Below are positions 42,261-55,435 of a stretch of 64,000 nt of DNA, one piece after another. Numbering within the stretch: position 1 is the first letter of the stretch; each line of letters starts with the position of its first letter. The position numbers and the translations under genes were made by a program. The notes beneath the pieces are model-generated. The model had not been told where the DNA came from. It saw only the letters and a program-made list of their open reading frames with translations, and searched no databases. The stretch is from Eledone cirrhosa (Eukaryota), in NCBI GenBank assembly GCA_964016885.1, contig OZ024743.1, positions 339,636,001-339,700,000 on the forward strand. The letters run 5' to 3'.

Positions 42261-45200
42261 CTTATCAATAAAGTGCATAAAGCAGTTGAACCGGTTATTA
42301 AAAGTTACGAACCAATTACCATTTTGGACAAAAATAATGATGGGTCAATAATCTTCCAATAGCGAATTTAGTAGACCAAAGTTGCAAGATGGTGGCCCTG
42401 ATGCACTGGGTGTCAGATCTGTCCACCATGGGTGACTCTACCAGGAAATAGTTTTCCAGACGGCATAGCTCCAACACCTCCAACACCTGCACCAACATCT
42501 ATAGCACCTCTTTGTAGACGATATTGCGTGTCATCCCTTGAGGAGTGTAAGCAAAAAGTCCATTCCTGCTCCCTACGCGGGAACAGGCAACATAAAGTTG
42601 GCCATGGGAGAAGCATGGCTCCCCCAAATGGATTCCCGCCACCGACAATGTTTGCCCTTGTGACTTGTTAATGGACATGGCAAAATATGGTCTCACCGGA
42701 AATTGGGATCGCCGGAAATCGAACGGGATATCTGACGCCGAGGGGAAAAGGTTCATCCTTGGAATGAAAACATTCTCCCCTCTCCCGCACCCCGTTACAA
42801 TGGTGGCCTCAATCAAGTGGGGCGTCAGTGACTTGACGACCATGCGAGTACCGTTGCACTGCTTTGGTGGATGCAAGTTCCTTATTAGCATAATGGGACA
42901 GCCAACCCTAAGCTTAAGAATGTGAGGTGGGAGCCCTGGGGGCTCAAGGGAATTTAATAACTCAACCGGATAATTAACGATATCGTCGGGGTCTGACGTC
43001 CGGTCGATAGATTTGAAGATGTGCTCTTTACCGGGGATCTTCTCAATCAGCTGCTCGTTAATAAAATTAACCATGGTATTTTTCGGAGCAAGGATGGCTC
43101 TTTCGCTGAGCCAATCGAGGTTTTTAAAGTTAGATGAGACATTAGGAAAAACTGCTCCCCAAAGTTCAGAAGGGGTGCTCACAATGTTGCACAGGGAGTT
43201 GATTGCTGCAGCCCTTGTCATCCGCAGAGACCTTGCCCTCACCAAGTGCTAAAATGTTCTAAGCAAATGCTGCAGACATGTTGTCACCATGTAAATGAGC
43301 ACGCATATTTGTGCTCAGGTACAAACTCTTCACCTGGAGCCACAACATGGACGACTTAAGGCAGGTACGCACTTCATCAGCTCTTGTCCCTTTGGGAATG
43401 ACAGGCAGCGTTTGCCGAAAATCCCCTGATAGCAGAGGGTTACGCCACCCATAGGAGCTGTAGAATCCCTAATGTCTTTCAGGGTCATGTCCAATGCCTC
43501 AAGGGCACCATTGTGTGCCATTGTGCACTCATCCCAAACAATGAGGCAACATTTTTTGAGAACCAGAGCTTCGTGTGAACTCTTGCTGATATTGCATGTT
43601 GGTGTCTCAGTTTTTACTAAATCCAGGGGGAGTTTAAAGGTTGAATGTGCTGTCCTGCCTCCCGGCAGCAAAGTAGCAGCGATCCCGGACGATGCAACCG
43701 CCAACGCAATTTTTTTCTCCTGACGAATCTTAGCGAGAATCAATTTCGTTACAAAAGTTTTTCTGGTACCCCAGGTGCATCGAGAAAGTAAATACCCCCA
43801 GTCTGATTTTGAACAGCGTCAATGATAGTTAAATAGGCCAACCTTTGGTCCGACAGAAGTTTGGGCTCATTTTCCTCTAAGTATTGGAAAAGAGATTCGA
43901 TGTCATATGCTGTTTCCCGCAACAAATCCGGGGCCAACGTGTTAGCCTCCTCTCTGACGCTTGACGGCAAGCCATACGTCGCCAACTCACTCCCACCCAT
44001 GTCGAGGAGGGTGTCCTCGATATCAATGAGTGCCCTGTTGTAGATAATGTCGCTGTAACCAACTTCCACTGAAGGATACTGCAGATGAGCCAGGCGCAGG
44101 AAGTCCTCAGACATGAAGTCCCTGTACCTGACCCATATTCATACTTTTGAAGCAAAATGGCAAAGAGTTCCCGTAGACCTTTAGGTGATTTTAACAAAGC
44201 ACCCTCTGCTAAAGTGGAATCCCATTGCGAATCATCTTCCAAAAGACCACGCTTAAAGCAGGCTTCCCGGTACGTATCACATATTTCTTCATCAACAGTT
44301 TTGAGGTCCTGAAAACTTTGTGGGCCTACAACTTCATGCAGAAGAAGGCGGAGATGAAAGCACTCATGCTGACTTGGGGGCACAGTGTAAATCCTTCCAA
44401 GGCAGCTGTCAAATTTTACACCAGGATGTCTTTCAACAGCCTGACTTGACTTTCTTCGCACCCAAGTGTTTTTAGACCATATAAAGTAGGATGGAACCTG
44501 GTGGTACACAATTGTTTGCGCAAATGTATCGAACTGGCAAAGTTTGAAGAAACCCGTCAGAGTGGTCTCTTTCGGATCAGCGGCCAACTTGGCGGCGGTT
44601 TGGTCCGTAAAGTAAGCCCTTTGCCCATTTTCCAAATGTACCGCAAACTGTACGATGGTGGGGTGCCGTTGGTGTAGGGGTAAACCAAATAGGCGCCAAA
44701 AAGCTTCATTGTTACTGATGACCGCCCCGCCAGGTATTCTGTGACCTTGTCCCTGAAATGCAAATATTGCGGCATCAGAGCCCTTATTTACATATTTGCA
44801 TATGTATTTTATCGACTTGACGGAGTTGCAAAACTCAACGTTGATGTGGGCGTTGAATATCTTCAAGAGAAGCGGGCAGTAAGGGACCGCCCATCTATTG
44901 TCGACTTGACCTCCCTTTACTGTTGTGGTAAAGTCACCGTTCTCGGGCCGTCTCCGCCTGTACAGGGGGTACCCGTCGCCACCTGTCTGAGTCTGGTCAA
45001 CAAATTTTGTTGGTATCCCTTACTGCATGACCCCCCTTTCAGACACGTGTGATGCTCATTAGGACCCGATGCACACGGACCATGTTAGCTTTGACGATGT
45101 CATGTAATTCCTGGTCAGTTGCTGGGTTAGGGATTTCAGCCGAAATGAAGCTGTCTGTGAATTGATTTTATCAGCTAACCAAATCAAAATGTGAGCATTT

Positions 45201-45878
45201 GGCAGCCCTCGTTTTGCCATTCGACGGTGAACATGTCACATTTTACAGCCCCAAATACCTGACCCTCTTTGATTAAAGCCATGAGTTTAGCCAGTTTCAG
45301 TCTGAACACTCTGGCAATGAGGTCATGTCTGTTCGAATAATTTTGCCCAGGAAAAAGTTCACGGGTTACATTCCGATTGATATGTCTATAGCATTAATCT
45401 GTTATATGAAGTGTTATTTTGCGGGTTGTTATTTGCAATAAGCCGATTGAAAATGCCCCAGATAAGCCGTATGACAATACGGAACGCTCAACATGGAACG
45501 CTCAATACGTACGCTCCACTGCAGTGTTGTCATATAGGGAGTGAAGAGCGACAGAGAGAGTAAAGCAGTTAAATTATAGAGGGAGGGAATATACGGAACG
45601 CTCCATTTGATCATACACACTGTTTCTCTCTCTTCAGTGTTGTCATATAGGGAGTGAAGAGCGACAGAGAGAGTAAAGCAGTTAAATTATAGAGAGGGGG
45701 AAGGATCATGATAGATTTTTGCTCTTATTGTTGAGGGATTTGAAATTTGTTTTACCTCATGACCTTTTCCTGACCAGAATCAATAATTGTCCCGAATTTG
45801 AATGAAATCCGTTGGGAATTGTGGACGTCCATACGTTACAAACCTTAACACACACATCCTCAGATTTATATGTATAGA
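42258..45878 (-). mobile_element. Helitron (internally deleted, degraded); probable 5' end A|TCTATACATATAAA at 45878
   Basis: RepHel remnants and a 5'-TC terminus after A. No 3' hairpin-CTRR was found, so the lower boundary is approximate. Confidence 0.8.
42499..45370 (-). pseudogene. Helitron RepHel (HUH Rep + PIF1-like SF1B helicase), frameshifted
   Basis: VEWQ.RGLPNAHILIWL, HINVEFCNSVKSIKYICKYVNKG, FLDAPG, ASSGIAATLLPGGRTAHS, IVWDECTM, SINKSQGQTL, FSHGQLYVACSRV. Confidence 0.93.
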
Positions 45879-45895
45879 TATATGTATATATATAT

Positions 45896-47608
45896 ATAAA
45901 CGGAAAAAGTGAAACGAAATTTCATTTCCCACTCTTAGTACGGCTGTTACTTAAATATAAGTATGTATACCTACATACATATATGTATACAGACGTACAG
46001 TAGTATGTATATATATATACATACATGCACACATATATATATGTACGTATGGATTCACCGAACATTTATTATAATGCTCGGTGTGTTTGTAAACAAACAT
46101 CGCGTATTAAGCCGTAGTGTCTAGCAACCGTCGTTGCTCGTTTGTTCAACACTGACAAAGGAACGCTGTACTAGTTTCAAGCTTATTAGCTATCGTCAGC
46201 AACGTATACCTTCCTGCCAGATGATTGAACGTCTGAAAGTATATACTTTCCTTATGCATATTAACGGCTGAGTAGCCCTATTTGCATATCGAGTGGGTTA
46301 ATCGGCCGGGTGCACCGAAAACGATAAACGGAAACAATGAAACGAAATTTCATTTCCCACTCTTAGTACGACTGTTACTTAAATATAAGTATGTATACGT
46401 ACATACATATATGTATACAGACCTATATATACATACATGCACACATATATATATGTAAGTATGGATTCACCGAACATTTATTATAATGCTCGGTGTGTTT
46501 GTAAACAAACATCCCGTATTAAGCCGTAGTGTCTAGCAACCATCGTTGCTCGTTTGTTCAACACTGACAAAGGAATGATGTACTAGTTTCAAGCTTATTA
46601 GCTATCGTCAGCAACGTATACCTTCCTGCCAGATGATTGAACGTCTGAAAGTATATACTTCCTTATGCATATTAACGGTTGAGTAGCCCAATTTTACTAT
46701 CGATTGGGTTAATCGGCCGGCTGCACCGAAAACGATAAACGGAAAAAATGAAACGAAATTATATTTCCCACTCTTAGTACGGCTGTTACTTAAATATAAG
46801 TATGTATACCTACATACATATATGTATACAGACGTACAGTAGTATGTATATATACATACATGCACACATATATATATGTAAGTATGGATTCACCGAACAT
46901 TTATTATAATGCTCTGTGTGTTTGTAAACAAACATCCCGTATTAAGCCGTAGTGTCTAGCAACCGTCGTTGTTCGTTTGTTCAACACTGACAAAGGAACG
47001 CTGTACTAGTTTCAAGCTTATTAGCTATCGTCAGCAACGTATACCTTCCTGCCAGATGATTGAACGTCTGAAAGTATATACTTTCCTTATGCATATTAAC
47101 GGCTGAGTAGCCCAATTTGAATATCGAGTGGGTTAATCGGCCGGGTGCACCGAAAACGATAAACGGAAACAATGAAACGAAATTTCATTTCCCACTCTTA
47201 GTACGGCTGTTACTTAAATATAAGTATGTATACCTACATACATATATGTATACAGACGTACAGTAGTATGTATATATACATACATGCACACATATATATA
47301 TGTACTTATGGATTCACCGAACATTTATTATAATGCTCTGTGTGTTTGTAAACAAACATCCCGTATTAAACCGTAGTGTCTAGCAACCGTCGTTGTTCGT
47401 TTGTTCAACACTGACAAAGGAACGCTGTACTAGTTTCAAGCTTATTAGCTATCGTCAGCAACGTATACCTTCCTGCCAGATGATTGAACGTCTGAAAGCA
47501 TTATAATAAATGTTCGGTGAATCCATACGTACATATATATATGTGTGCATGTATGTATATATATATATACATACTACTGTACGTCTGTATACATATATGT
47601 ATGTACGT
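45896..47608 (-). repeat. Tandem array (~3.8 units of 412-424 bp) with one HHR per unit and an inverted terminal piece (47497-47608): candidate non-LTR retrozyme
   Basis: HHRs at 46164-46204, 46576-46616, 46999-47039 and 47423-47463 on minus: CGUUG-CUGACGA-U-AGCU/aaua/AGCU-U-GAAA-CUAG-UA-CAGCG. Confidence 0.8.
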
Positions 47609-47680
47609 ATAACCAACTTAAATCAAGTAGGCGTAAAATCAGGGAGGCCCGTATACATACATACATACATACATACATAC

Positions 47681-47792
<112 letters not shown>

Positions 47793-48373
47793 ATAACCTT
47801 TGCTAGCGCCGTCTAGCGGATTCTAATTGAAGTAGTGAGGGACAACTGCCAACGCGTTTCTGGCTCTGGCCGTTATCTACAGAGTAAAAAAAAATGTTTT
47901 TTCGCTTGTTTCAAATTCCAGCAGAGACCAGGGGAAGCACTGACCTGATGCAAATGAGTATTACTGGCAAAAGACCATCACTCAAAATTCTATATAGACT
48001 TTAGTCTATTTCCAAGCCAGGACGGGTTCAGTGAGTGTCTCTAATGAAAGATTTAAAAATCTTGAAACAACGCAGTCTGATATTTTCAAAACGTACTGGC
48101 AACTCTATGATATATTCACAGAGGGAAATAGAGAAAAGTGACTTTTTTTCCTTCGATATCGAGACTACCTCTATGTTTATTGTTTATAAACGTATAATAT
48201 AAGTTTATATATGTTTTCATATACACTTCTACTATACTTAAGCGTCTTAGTGCTACCACTAATTTTATATATATATAATATATATACGAGTATATATATA
48301 TATATACAATATATTAATAAATGGAAACTATATATAACGAAGGAAGTGTGGTTCCTTACCACACTTCCTTCGT

Positions 48374-48960
<587 letters not shown>

Positions 48961-49033
48961 ATATATATTGCTATTTCAGAGCTCCAATTCTAATATATAT
49001 ATATATATAAGCACACACACATGCATTCATAAA

Positions 49034-49066
<33 letters not shown>

Positions 49067-49447
49067 TATATATATATAGGTATGAATTATATACATTTTA
49101 GAGATATTTATGTCCACGCACACATATGCTTGTGTGCATACATATGTACAAATATGTTATACTTGTAGAAGGAACAGATAGAATGGTGGTGAAGCTGCAC
49201 TTTTGAGGGCGTAATTTTAAGTGGTGTGGTGTAGAATGTCATGAGGTAAGAGACAGTTTCATCAACATTCTGCAACACAAAGCTATGCCTCAGTACCACT
49301 AACACGTCAATAATATATATATATATATATATATCTCACGCACACAAACGCGCCTACACACACATGTACATAAAAACTTATGCACACACATATATATATA
49401 TATATATGTGTGTGTGTCATGTGTATGTAGGTGTGATTGTGTACGTG

Positions 49448-49532
<85 letters not shown>

Positions 49533-49534
<2 letters not shown>

Positions 49535-49690
49535 ACGCACCAGGGTACTCGATACTTAGGGTTCTAGAGTGGGTAATAGGACCCCTGAGTGGACCTCGGC
49601 GGCTGAGCTCCGGCCGTTTCGACAGCTAAATCGGATCTAGCTGTCGAAACGGCCGGATCTCAGCCGTCGGGGTCCTGACTCTTTTCCTAT
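49533..49690. mobile_element. Fold-back mini-copy of the Naiad-like PLE 3' end (half-HHR)
   Basis: GTCGAAACGGC..CTCAGCCGTCGGGGTC in both orientations, matching 39150-39250. Confidence 0.7.
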
Positions 49691-49946
49691 ATATATATAT
49701 ATATATTATTATTATTATTATTATTATTATTGAGTCTGAACGGACGTCTCTTTTGCTCGCTCCCGTAAGGTCACTTATTTACATATCAAAACTGATTTAT
49801 TTAATTTTTTGTTGTTGTGTAAGGCATACAAGCCCTTGGACTTTGCTCTGTGAAGGGGAAAGAATAATATTTGGGCCTTTTGGCCCAAATATTTGAACTT
49901 TTTTACATTTTAAAAAGTTATCGAGAAAAAAAAACAAAAAAAAAAC

Positions 49947-51923
49947 ATGGCTGAGCCACGCCCCCCAGCGATATGTCTGCTGTCGTGCGACAACGACGTA
50001 GAAGTTGAGAGGAGCGCTACGGCGGAATTAACAGAAATTGATAACACAAACACCACCACAAACAATGTAAACAAAGACACCAATGATACCAATGAGAACT
50101 CTAATTTTGAAAAAAATGACAGTAACAGCGACAACGAAAATACAGATTAAAAAAATGACAAATGCAACAACAATATCAACACCACTAACATGAAAACAAA
50201 TAGCGACAACACCAACAGCAACAATACCAACTGCACCGAGAACAACGGTGCATCAAAGACAACAATGATAACAGCGACAGTGCTAACAACAACACCAACA
50301 AGAACAACGACAACGACAACAACACCCCCAACGACAAAAAGAACACTTTCCCTGCGGCAGCAGCAAAAAAGAGGCCATGCTTCAACATGGACCTCTCAAA
50401 CAAAGATGAAAAGTTGGCCCAGGCATGGAAGCTCATCAAGCAAGAGCAAACCTGGGCCAATTTAACTGTCTTGGTAGAAACTATTGAGGCAGTGGAGCGC
50501 AGAACGGTGCATTATAGATGCATCTCAGCACAAACCAAAAGAGCAGCTTTAATCCCACAAGCAGATGTCGGAGTCGCGCTGAGGTGCATCAGAGAAGACA
50601 CCGAATACATAGCGAGGGCCAGACAGTACGCCACCATTTCGGTGCTGTTCAAGTCAGAAGCCCTCGCTATGAAACACGCTATGACTCCTTGCAAAACCAG
50701 CAAGGTCATAATGTACCCCTCCCACATGGGAAAAAGAACGGCCCGTCTCCGCATTCCCAGAATCCCACCAGGACTTGACATGTGGTGGCTTCTGGGATGT
50801 GTGATTGTGGAGAGGACGGATACCGTCTCGATAGAAGTGACCAGAACGACCAGAGAGGACTGGTCCGGAGTTGACCTGGAGATCCTTCTCCAGATCAGGC
50901 CCGAGAACGTGAAGACAATCCCGGACCACATCCGCCTTCAGAATGGGACGGTCATCCACATTATGACCGAAAGCAAACGGCCGCATTGTTTTGTTTGTGG
51001 GGAAAAAACCCGTTTGCGAGCCTTCTGCCCTCAACTGCTGAAAGAGGCAAGGGGTCGAAAGGCTCTACTGCTGCCGACGCCGGGTCGAGGACCACAACCA
51101 ACACCAGCACCGGCAAAACCACCAACAACAACACCAATAGAAAGACCACCACCAACATTGACCACCCAGGGGGGAAACGAGGAAAGCTGTCAAATTCCCG
51201 CTCCCCCAAAAAATACAGACACCAATAAAACCATACACACACACACAGACACTTACAGACACAGACCCCCTCATCTACCAGTAGTGAACATGAGGGAAAA
51301 CCAAAATCCCCCAAAATACAAAAAAAGGAAACACAAAAAGAAAAAAAACCTCAACAAAGCACAAAATCACCCACAATAAAAAAAACGCAGACACCACGCA
51401 CACAAACATCTCTCCAATAACACCAACATCAACACCACCATCACCATCACCAGAATCCCCCAAACGCAAACAACCTAAACAGACGCAAGAACAAATATGC
51501 ACACAAACATCTGAAACCACAGACACCGCACTCACAACAAACACAGTCACAACCGAAATAACACCACCAAAACCATCACCACTACAGCCACGCAAACAAA
51601 TAAAATCACACCAACAAAACATACAAAACTTCGTGCTCGTCAGGAGGGCCAACAAGGAACTGATGGCCCTCGTAGCACGAAGTGAAAATATACAAAAAGA
51701 GGGGGAAATTTTTAAATCGAGCACATTTCGCGTGACGGAAGATTTGTTTCTGGTGCGAATATCACTCGATTTATACAAAGAAATACGAGACAGCTTTCCT
51801 CGGTACGTGGAAATACCGAACGTAAAACCCACTTCAAGACTTTTAAAGGGGTTCCCAAAAGAAACTCCACCAACTATGGAGATCGACCCACCCGACCTTC
51901 ACAAGAGCGCGGAACGTAAGTAA
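49947..51923 (+). pseudogene. Tx1-like ORF1 (disrupted) with zinc knuckle
   Basis: CFVCGEKTRLRAFCP (CCHC with H replaced) and Asn/Thr/Pro-rich low-complexity flanks. Confidence 0.7.
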
Positions 51924-51953
51924 ACCTTTCCTCTCTCTTTTTAATCTGCCAAC

Positions 51954-54900
51954 ATGGCCGTATTAAGAGTAGGAAGTTTAAATGTTCGAGGCCTGGGATC
52001 GTCCTGGAAGTAGGGTCACCTGCTCAACGACCTCAGGTCTCTAGAAATGGATGTAATAGCCGTCAGCGAGACCAGGATTTCCGACACGCGCGTACTAGCC
52101 GCCATTTTCGACGACTATCAGATCTTTGCATCTGTTAGCTGGCCGGGAATGGGAGGCGGGGTGGCAGTGCTGTTTAGGAAAAGCCTGGATCTCAAGGTAA
52201 GGTCGATCTTCCGGGACCCGGACGGGAAGTTGGTGGTCCTGGACGTGAACAGTAACGAAGGTGGTGCCTTTAGACTGGTGGCCGTCAATGCCTCTACTGG
52301 GGCAGGACAACTGGACTTCTTTAGACGCCTGGAAGCCTTTCTGGGTACGTTTCGCCCTTTACTGTTAGCGGGGGACTAGAACGGCATCTTAGACGCACGC
52401 TGGGACTGCGTGGGAGTGTCCGATAGGAGCGGGGAGGTGCAAAAGCCTCAAGAACCTGATCAGCCAGTTCCAACAGTCTGACAGGTACCAACTAGATTCC
52501 CCTAATGCGCCAGTGTGGACCTGGACTAACCGCATAGGGTCATCTAGATCGTATATAGACAGGATATTCATTGGGAAAATAGACAGAAATAGTGTAAGCT
52601 GTCCACGTTTTGAAACGGTCGCCTATTCAGATCACAAGTTTGTGATATGTATGGTCGACCTAGATAAGACGCGTAGGTTAGGACCGGGTTACTGGAAGCT
52701 AAACATGTCATTTCCGGCACATAAGGCTTACAGGGACCAGGTCAACAATTTAGTTAAGAAAAAGTTGGCAGGGGGAGTCGTCAACAATAGATGGGGGGGG
52801 GGGGCTCTCAAAGGAAAGATTAGAGTAATGTCGATGATAGAGTTTAGCAAAGAAGTAGCGTTAGAGACGAACCGAGACGGGCACGAGCTGAGCGATTCCA
52901 AGAGGATGTGTGAGGCCTTTCGCCAACATTTTGCTCAGTTGTTCGGGGGAAGTGGCGGGTCAGAGATGGTGGCGGACTTCAGTCCCTACCTCGATGGCTT
53001 GCCGCAACTCTCGACGGCTGATGCTGGGCGCTGCGAAAGGCCAATTACTTCAGCCGAGATTCAGGATGCCCTTGTTGGCTGCATGAGGCGCAAGTCACCC
53101 GGTTTGGATGGTCTGCCCTACGAGCTTTACGTAAATATGCCAGACTTGTTCTCCAATCTCCTCGAAGCCCTCTACTGCAACTGGCAGCAAAACGGGAGTA
53201 TTCCCAGTTCTGTGAGCCGGGGTGTAGTGACGCTGATAAGGAAAGACGAGAACAAGAGGGACACATTAGACAATTTCAGGCCCATAACTCTGCTCAAAAC
53301 AGAGTTTAAGATTTTGGCCAAGGTGTTAGCGAAGAGGTTGGCGCTTGTCGTCGGGGATTTGGTTGGGGAGGCGCAAACTTGCGCAATCACAACCAGGTCC
53401 ATACACGACAATCTCCACCTAATGCGATACATCATAGAGAGCGTAGGGTGTAAACCTGGCTTCGGTGGGGCTCTGATCAATTTAGATCAATCGAAAGCAT
53501 TCGATAGGGTCGACCATCGGTACATGGAGTTTGTCCTCAAGGCGGCTGGCTTCGGCCCCGTCTTCAGAAGCTGGATCGCTACAATGCACAGCGGCACCTG
53601 CTCGATGGTCAAAATTAATGGCCACCTCTCGGAACCGTTTCAGGTCTCCCGATCGGTCCGTCAAGGGTGCCCTCTCTCCTCCCTTCTGTACGTATTGACT
53701 CGCTAGCCTTTACTGCGGAAGCTGGAGCTGTTGCAGGGCATCCCGCTCGAACCGGGACGCGGAAAGGCTGTGTCGGCTTATGCGGACGACATGACCGTGA
53801 TGGTGTCGGACACCTCAGAAATCGAGGTGGTCGGCAACATATTGGAGGAATATGAAAGGTTGACGGGAGCAAAACTTAACCCGGAAAAGTCGGTGGGCTT
53901 GCAACTCGGCACCTGGAGAGGCAAGTCCATGCTGTCCAACAGCGACGTTAGGCGCTGGACGGACGGACCGGTAAAGAGGCTAGGGGTTTGGTTCGGGCCA
54001 GTTCTCCAGATGGATAAGAATTGGGACGAGGTGACGGGCAGGGTAGCCAGTCTCACCCAGAAATGGGCTGGGATGAAGCTATCACTGAAAGGTCGGGCGG
54101 AGGTGGCGAACGCGTACATCGCGTCCGTCATCTACTAACGTCTGACCGTCGTCCCTTGCCCCCGTTCGCGCCTCGCCATCTTGGAGCGGCTCCTCTTCAA
54201 ATTCTTGTAGAGGGGTCAGGTTCCGCTGGTGAAGCGGTCCATCTGCTGCCAGCACCCTCTACGTGGAGGGCTGGGCATGCCGTGGATAATGATGCGCAGG
54301 CACGCGCTGAGGCTGCGGCATCTCCAGATATTCTGCCTAAACGGTGAACAGGTGTGGTCGCCGTTTGTCAGACGGGCCTTTGCGCAGCTCCTTTCTTTGA
54401 CTGAGTTGCAGTCCTGGGTCAAGAAGAGACCGAGACTGGGTGACTGGCATCTGGAATGTTGCCAGGCACTCACTGCCCTCTACCAGGCGGGCAATGCGGT
54501 CAGTGGAACTTACACTCTCGAGTTCTATAGAGGATTACTGGTGGGCAAGTGCGACGACGCACTCGGAGAGGCTCTGGGAGTCAACGAAGTCAAACTAACC
54601 AGTCTGTACCGCAGGACTTTCGAGCCGGGGACTATGGATAATTTCCAAAAATCCCTCTACCGGGGGGCACTGCCGGTTCGAGATAAACTCTACAGGCACG
54701 AAAGTGCTGTCAGACGGACCTGCCCGAGATGCGCGCAGAGCGACGAAACTGTTCTGCACGCACTCGTCCTGTGTCCGTGCATTACTGACTTGTGGAATTA
54801 TGTTGAACAGCTGTTGTCGCGTGTAGAATGGATCCGGCTATCGGCCGAGTCCATAGTGAAGATCGACCCACCGCCTTCTTTTGGCCAGGAAGGGCAGGCA

Positions 54901-55137
54901 ATTTTCCTCTGTCTGGTGGCAGTAGCGAAAGAGGTTGTATGGTGGACGAGGTTGAAAGGACTGAAGACAGACACTTTTCTCTTCGGCCAATCCCTCATCA
55001 ACTTTTTCAAGTTTCACTTGGAAAGGAAGGTGAGGGTGGAGAGAGAAGTGCTGCCCCCCAGTACATTTGCTGAAAGGTGGGTGAATGTGGCGAGAATGGC
55101 CCGTGTGAGTGGGCCTACTCTGGTCATGCGGCTGTAG
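51954..55137 (+). pseudogene. Tx1-like ORF2: APE endonuclease + RT + Cys domain (stops, internal deletion)
   Basis: GSLNVRGL, SET, LAGD, SYIDRIF, YSDH, KSPGLDG, NFRPITLL, LDQSKAFDRV, VRQGCPLS, YADD, CPRC...ETVLHALVLC. Confidence 0.93.
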
Positions 55138-55435
55138 GTAGGTAAATTTGAAGAGGAGAGGGGTGCCCTTCCAAGGTGCTCTCGAAGCGTCGGGTCGTTC
55201 AGGACTGTTGGGGTACCTGAGCGAACCCTAGGTGGTCATCCCCCCTATTGGAGAATTTTTTCTTGTTGTAATTTTATTGTTACTTTATTGTTACTTTGTT
55301 ATTGTTACTTTGTTTATTGATATTGTTTACTCGATTTTTCTGTAAAACCCCACTGTCCCAGTCTTTTGTATTGTCCCCTATATGTCGGCCCTTGTGGCCA
55401 ATAAATGAAATCATTATTATTATTATTATTATTAT

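Noticed and set aside
42499-43743. Host PIF1 helicase gene
   Set aside because: It is intronless, frameshifted and fused to a Helitron Rep domain.
45896-47498. Array as CRISPR or Helitron subterminal repeat
   Set aside because: There are no spacers. It lies outside the probable Helitron 5' end and has an independent dispersed copy.
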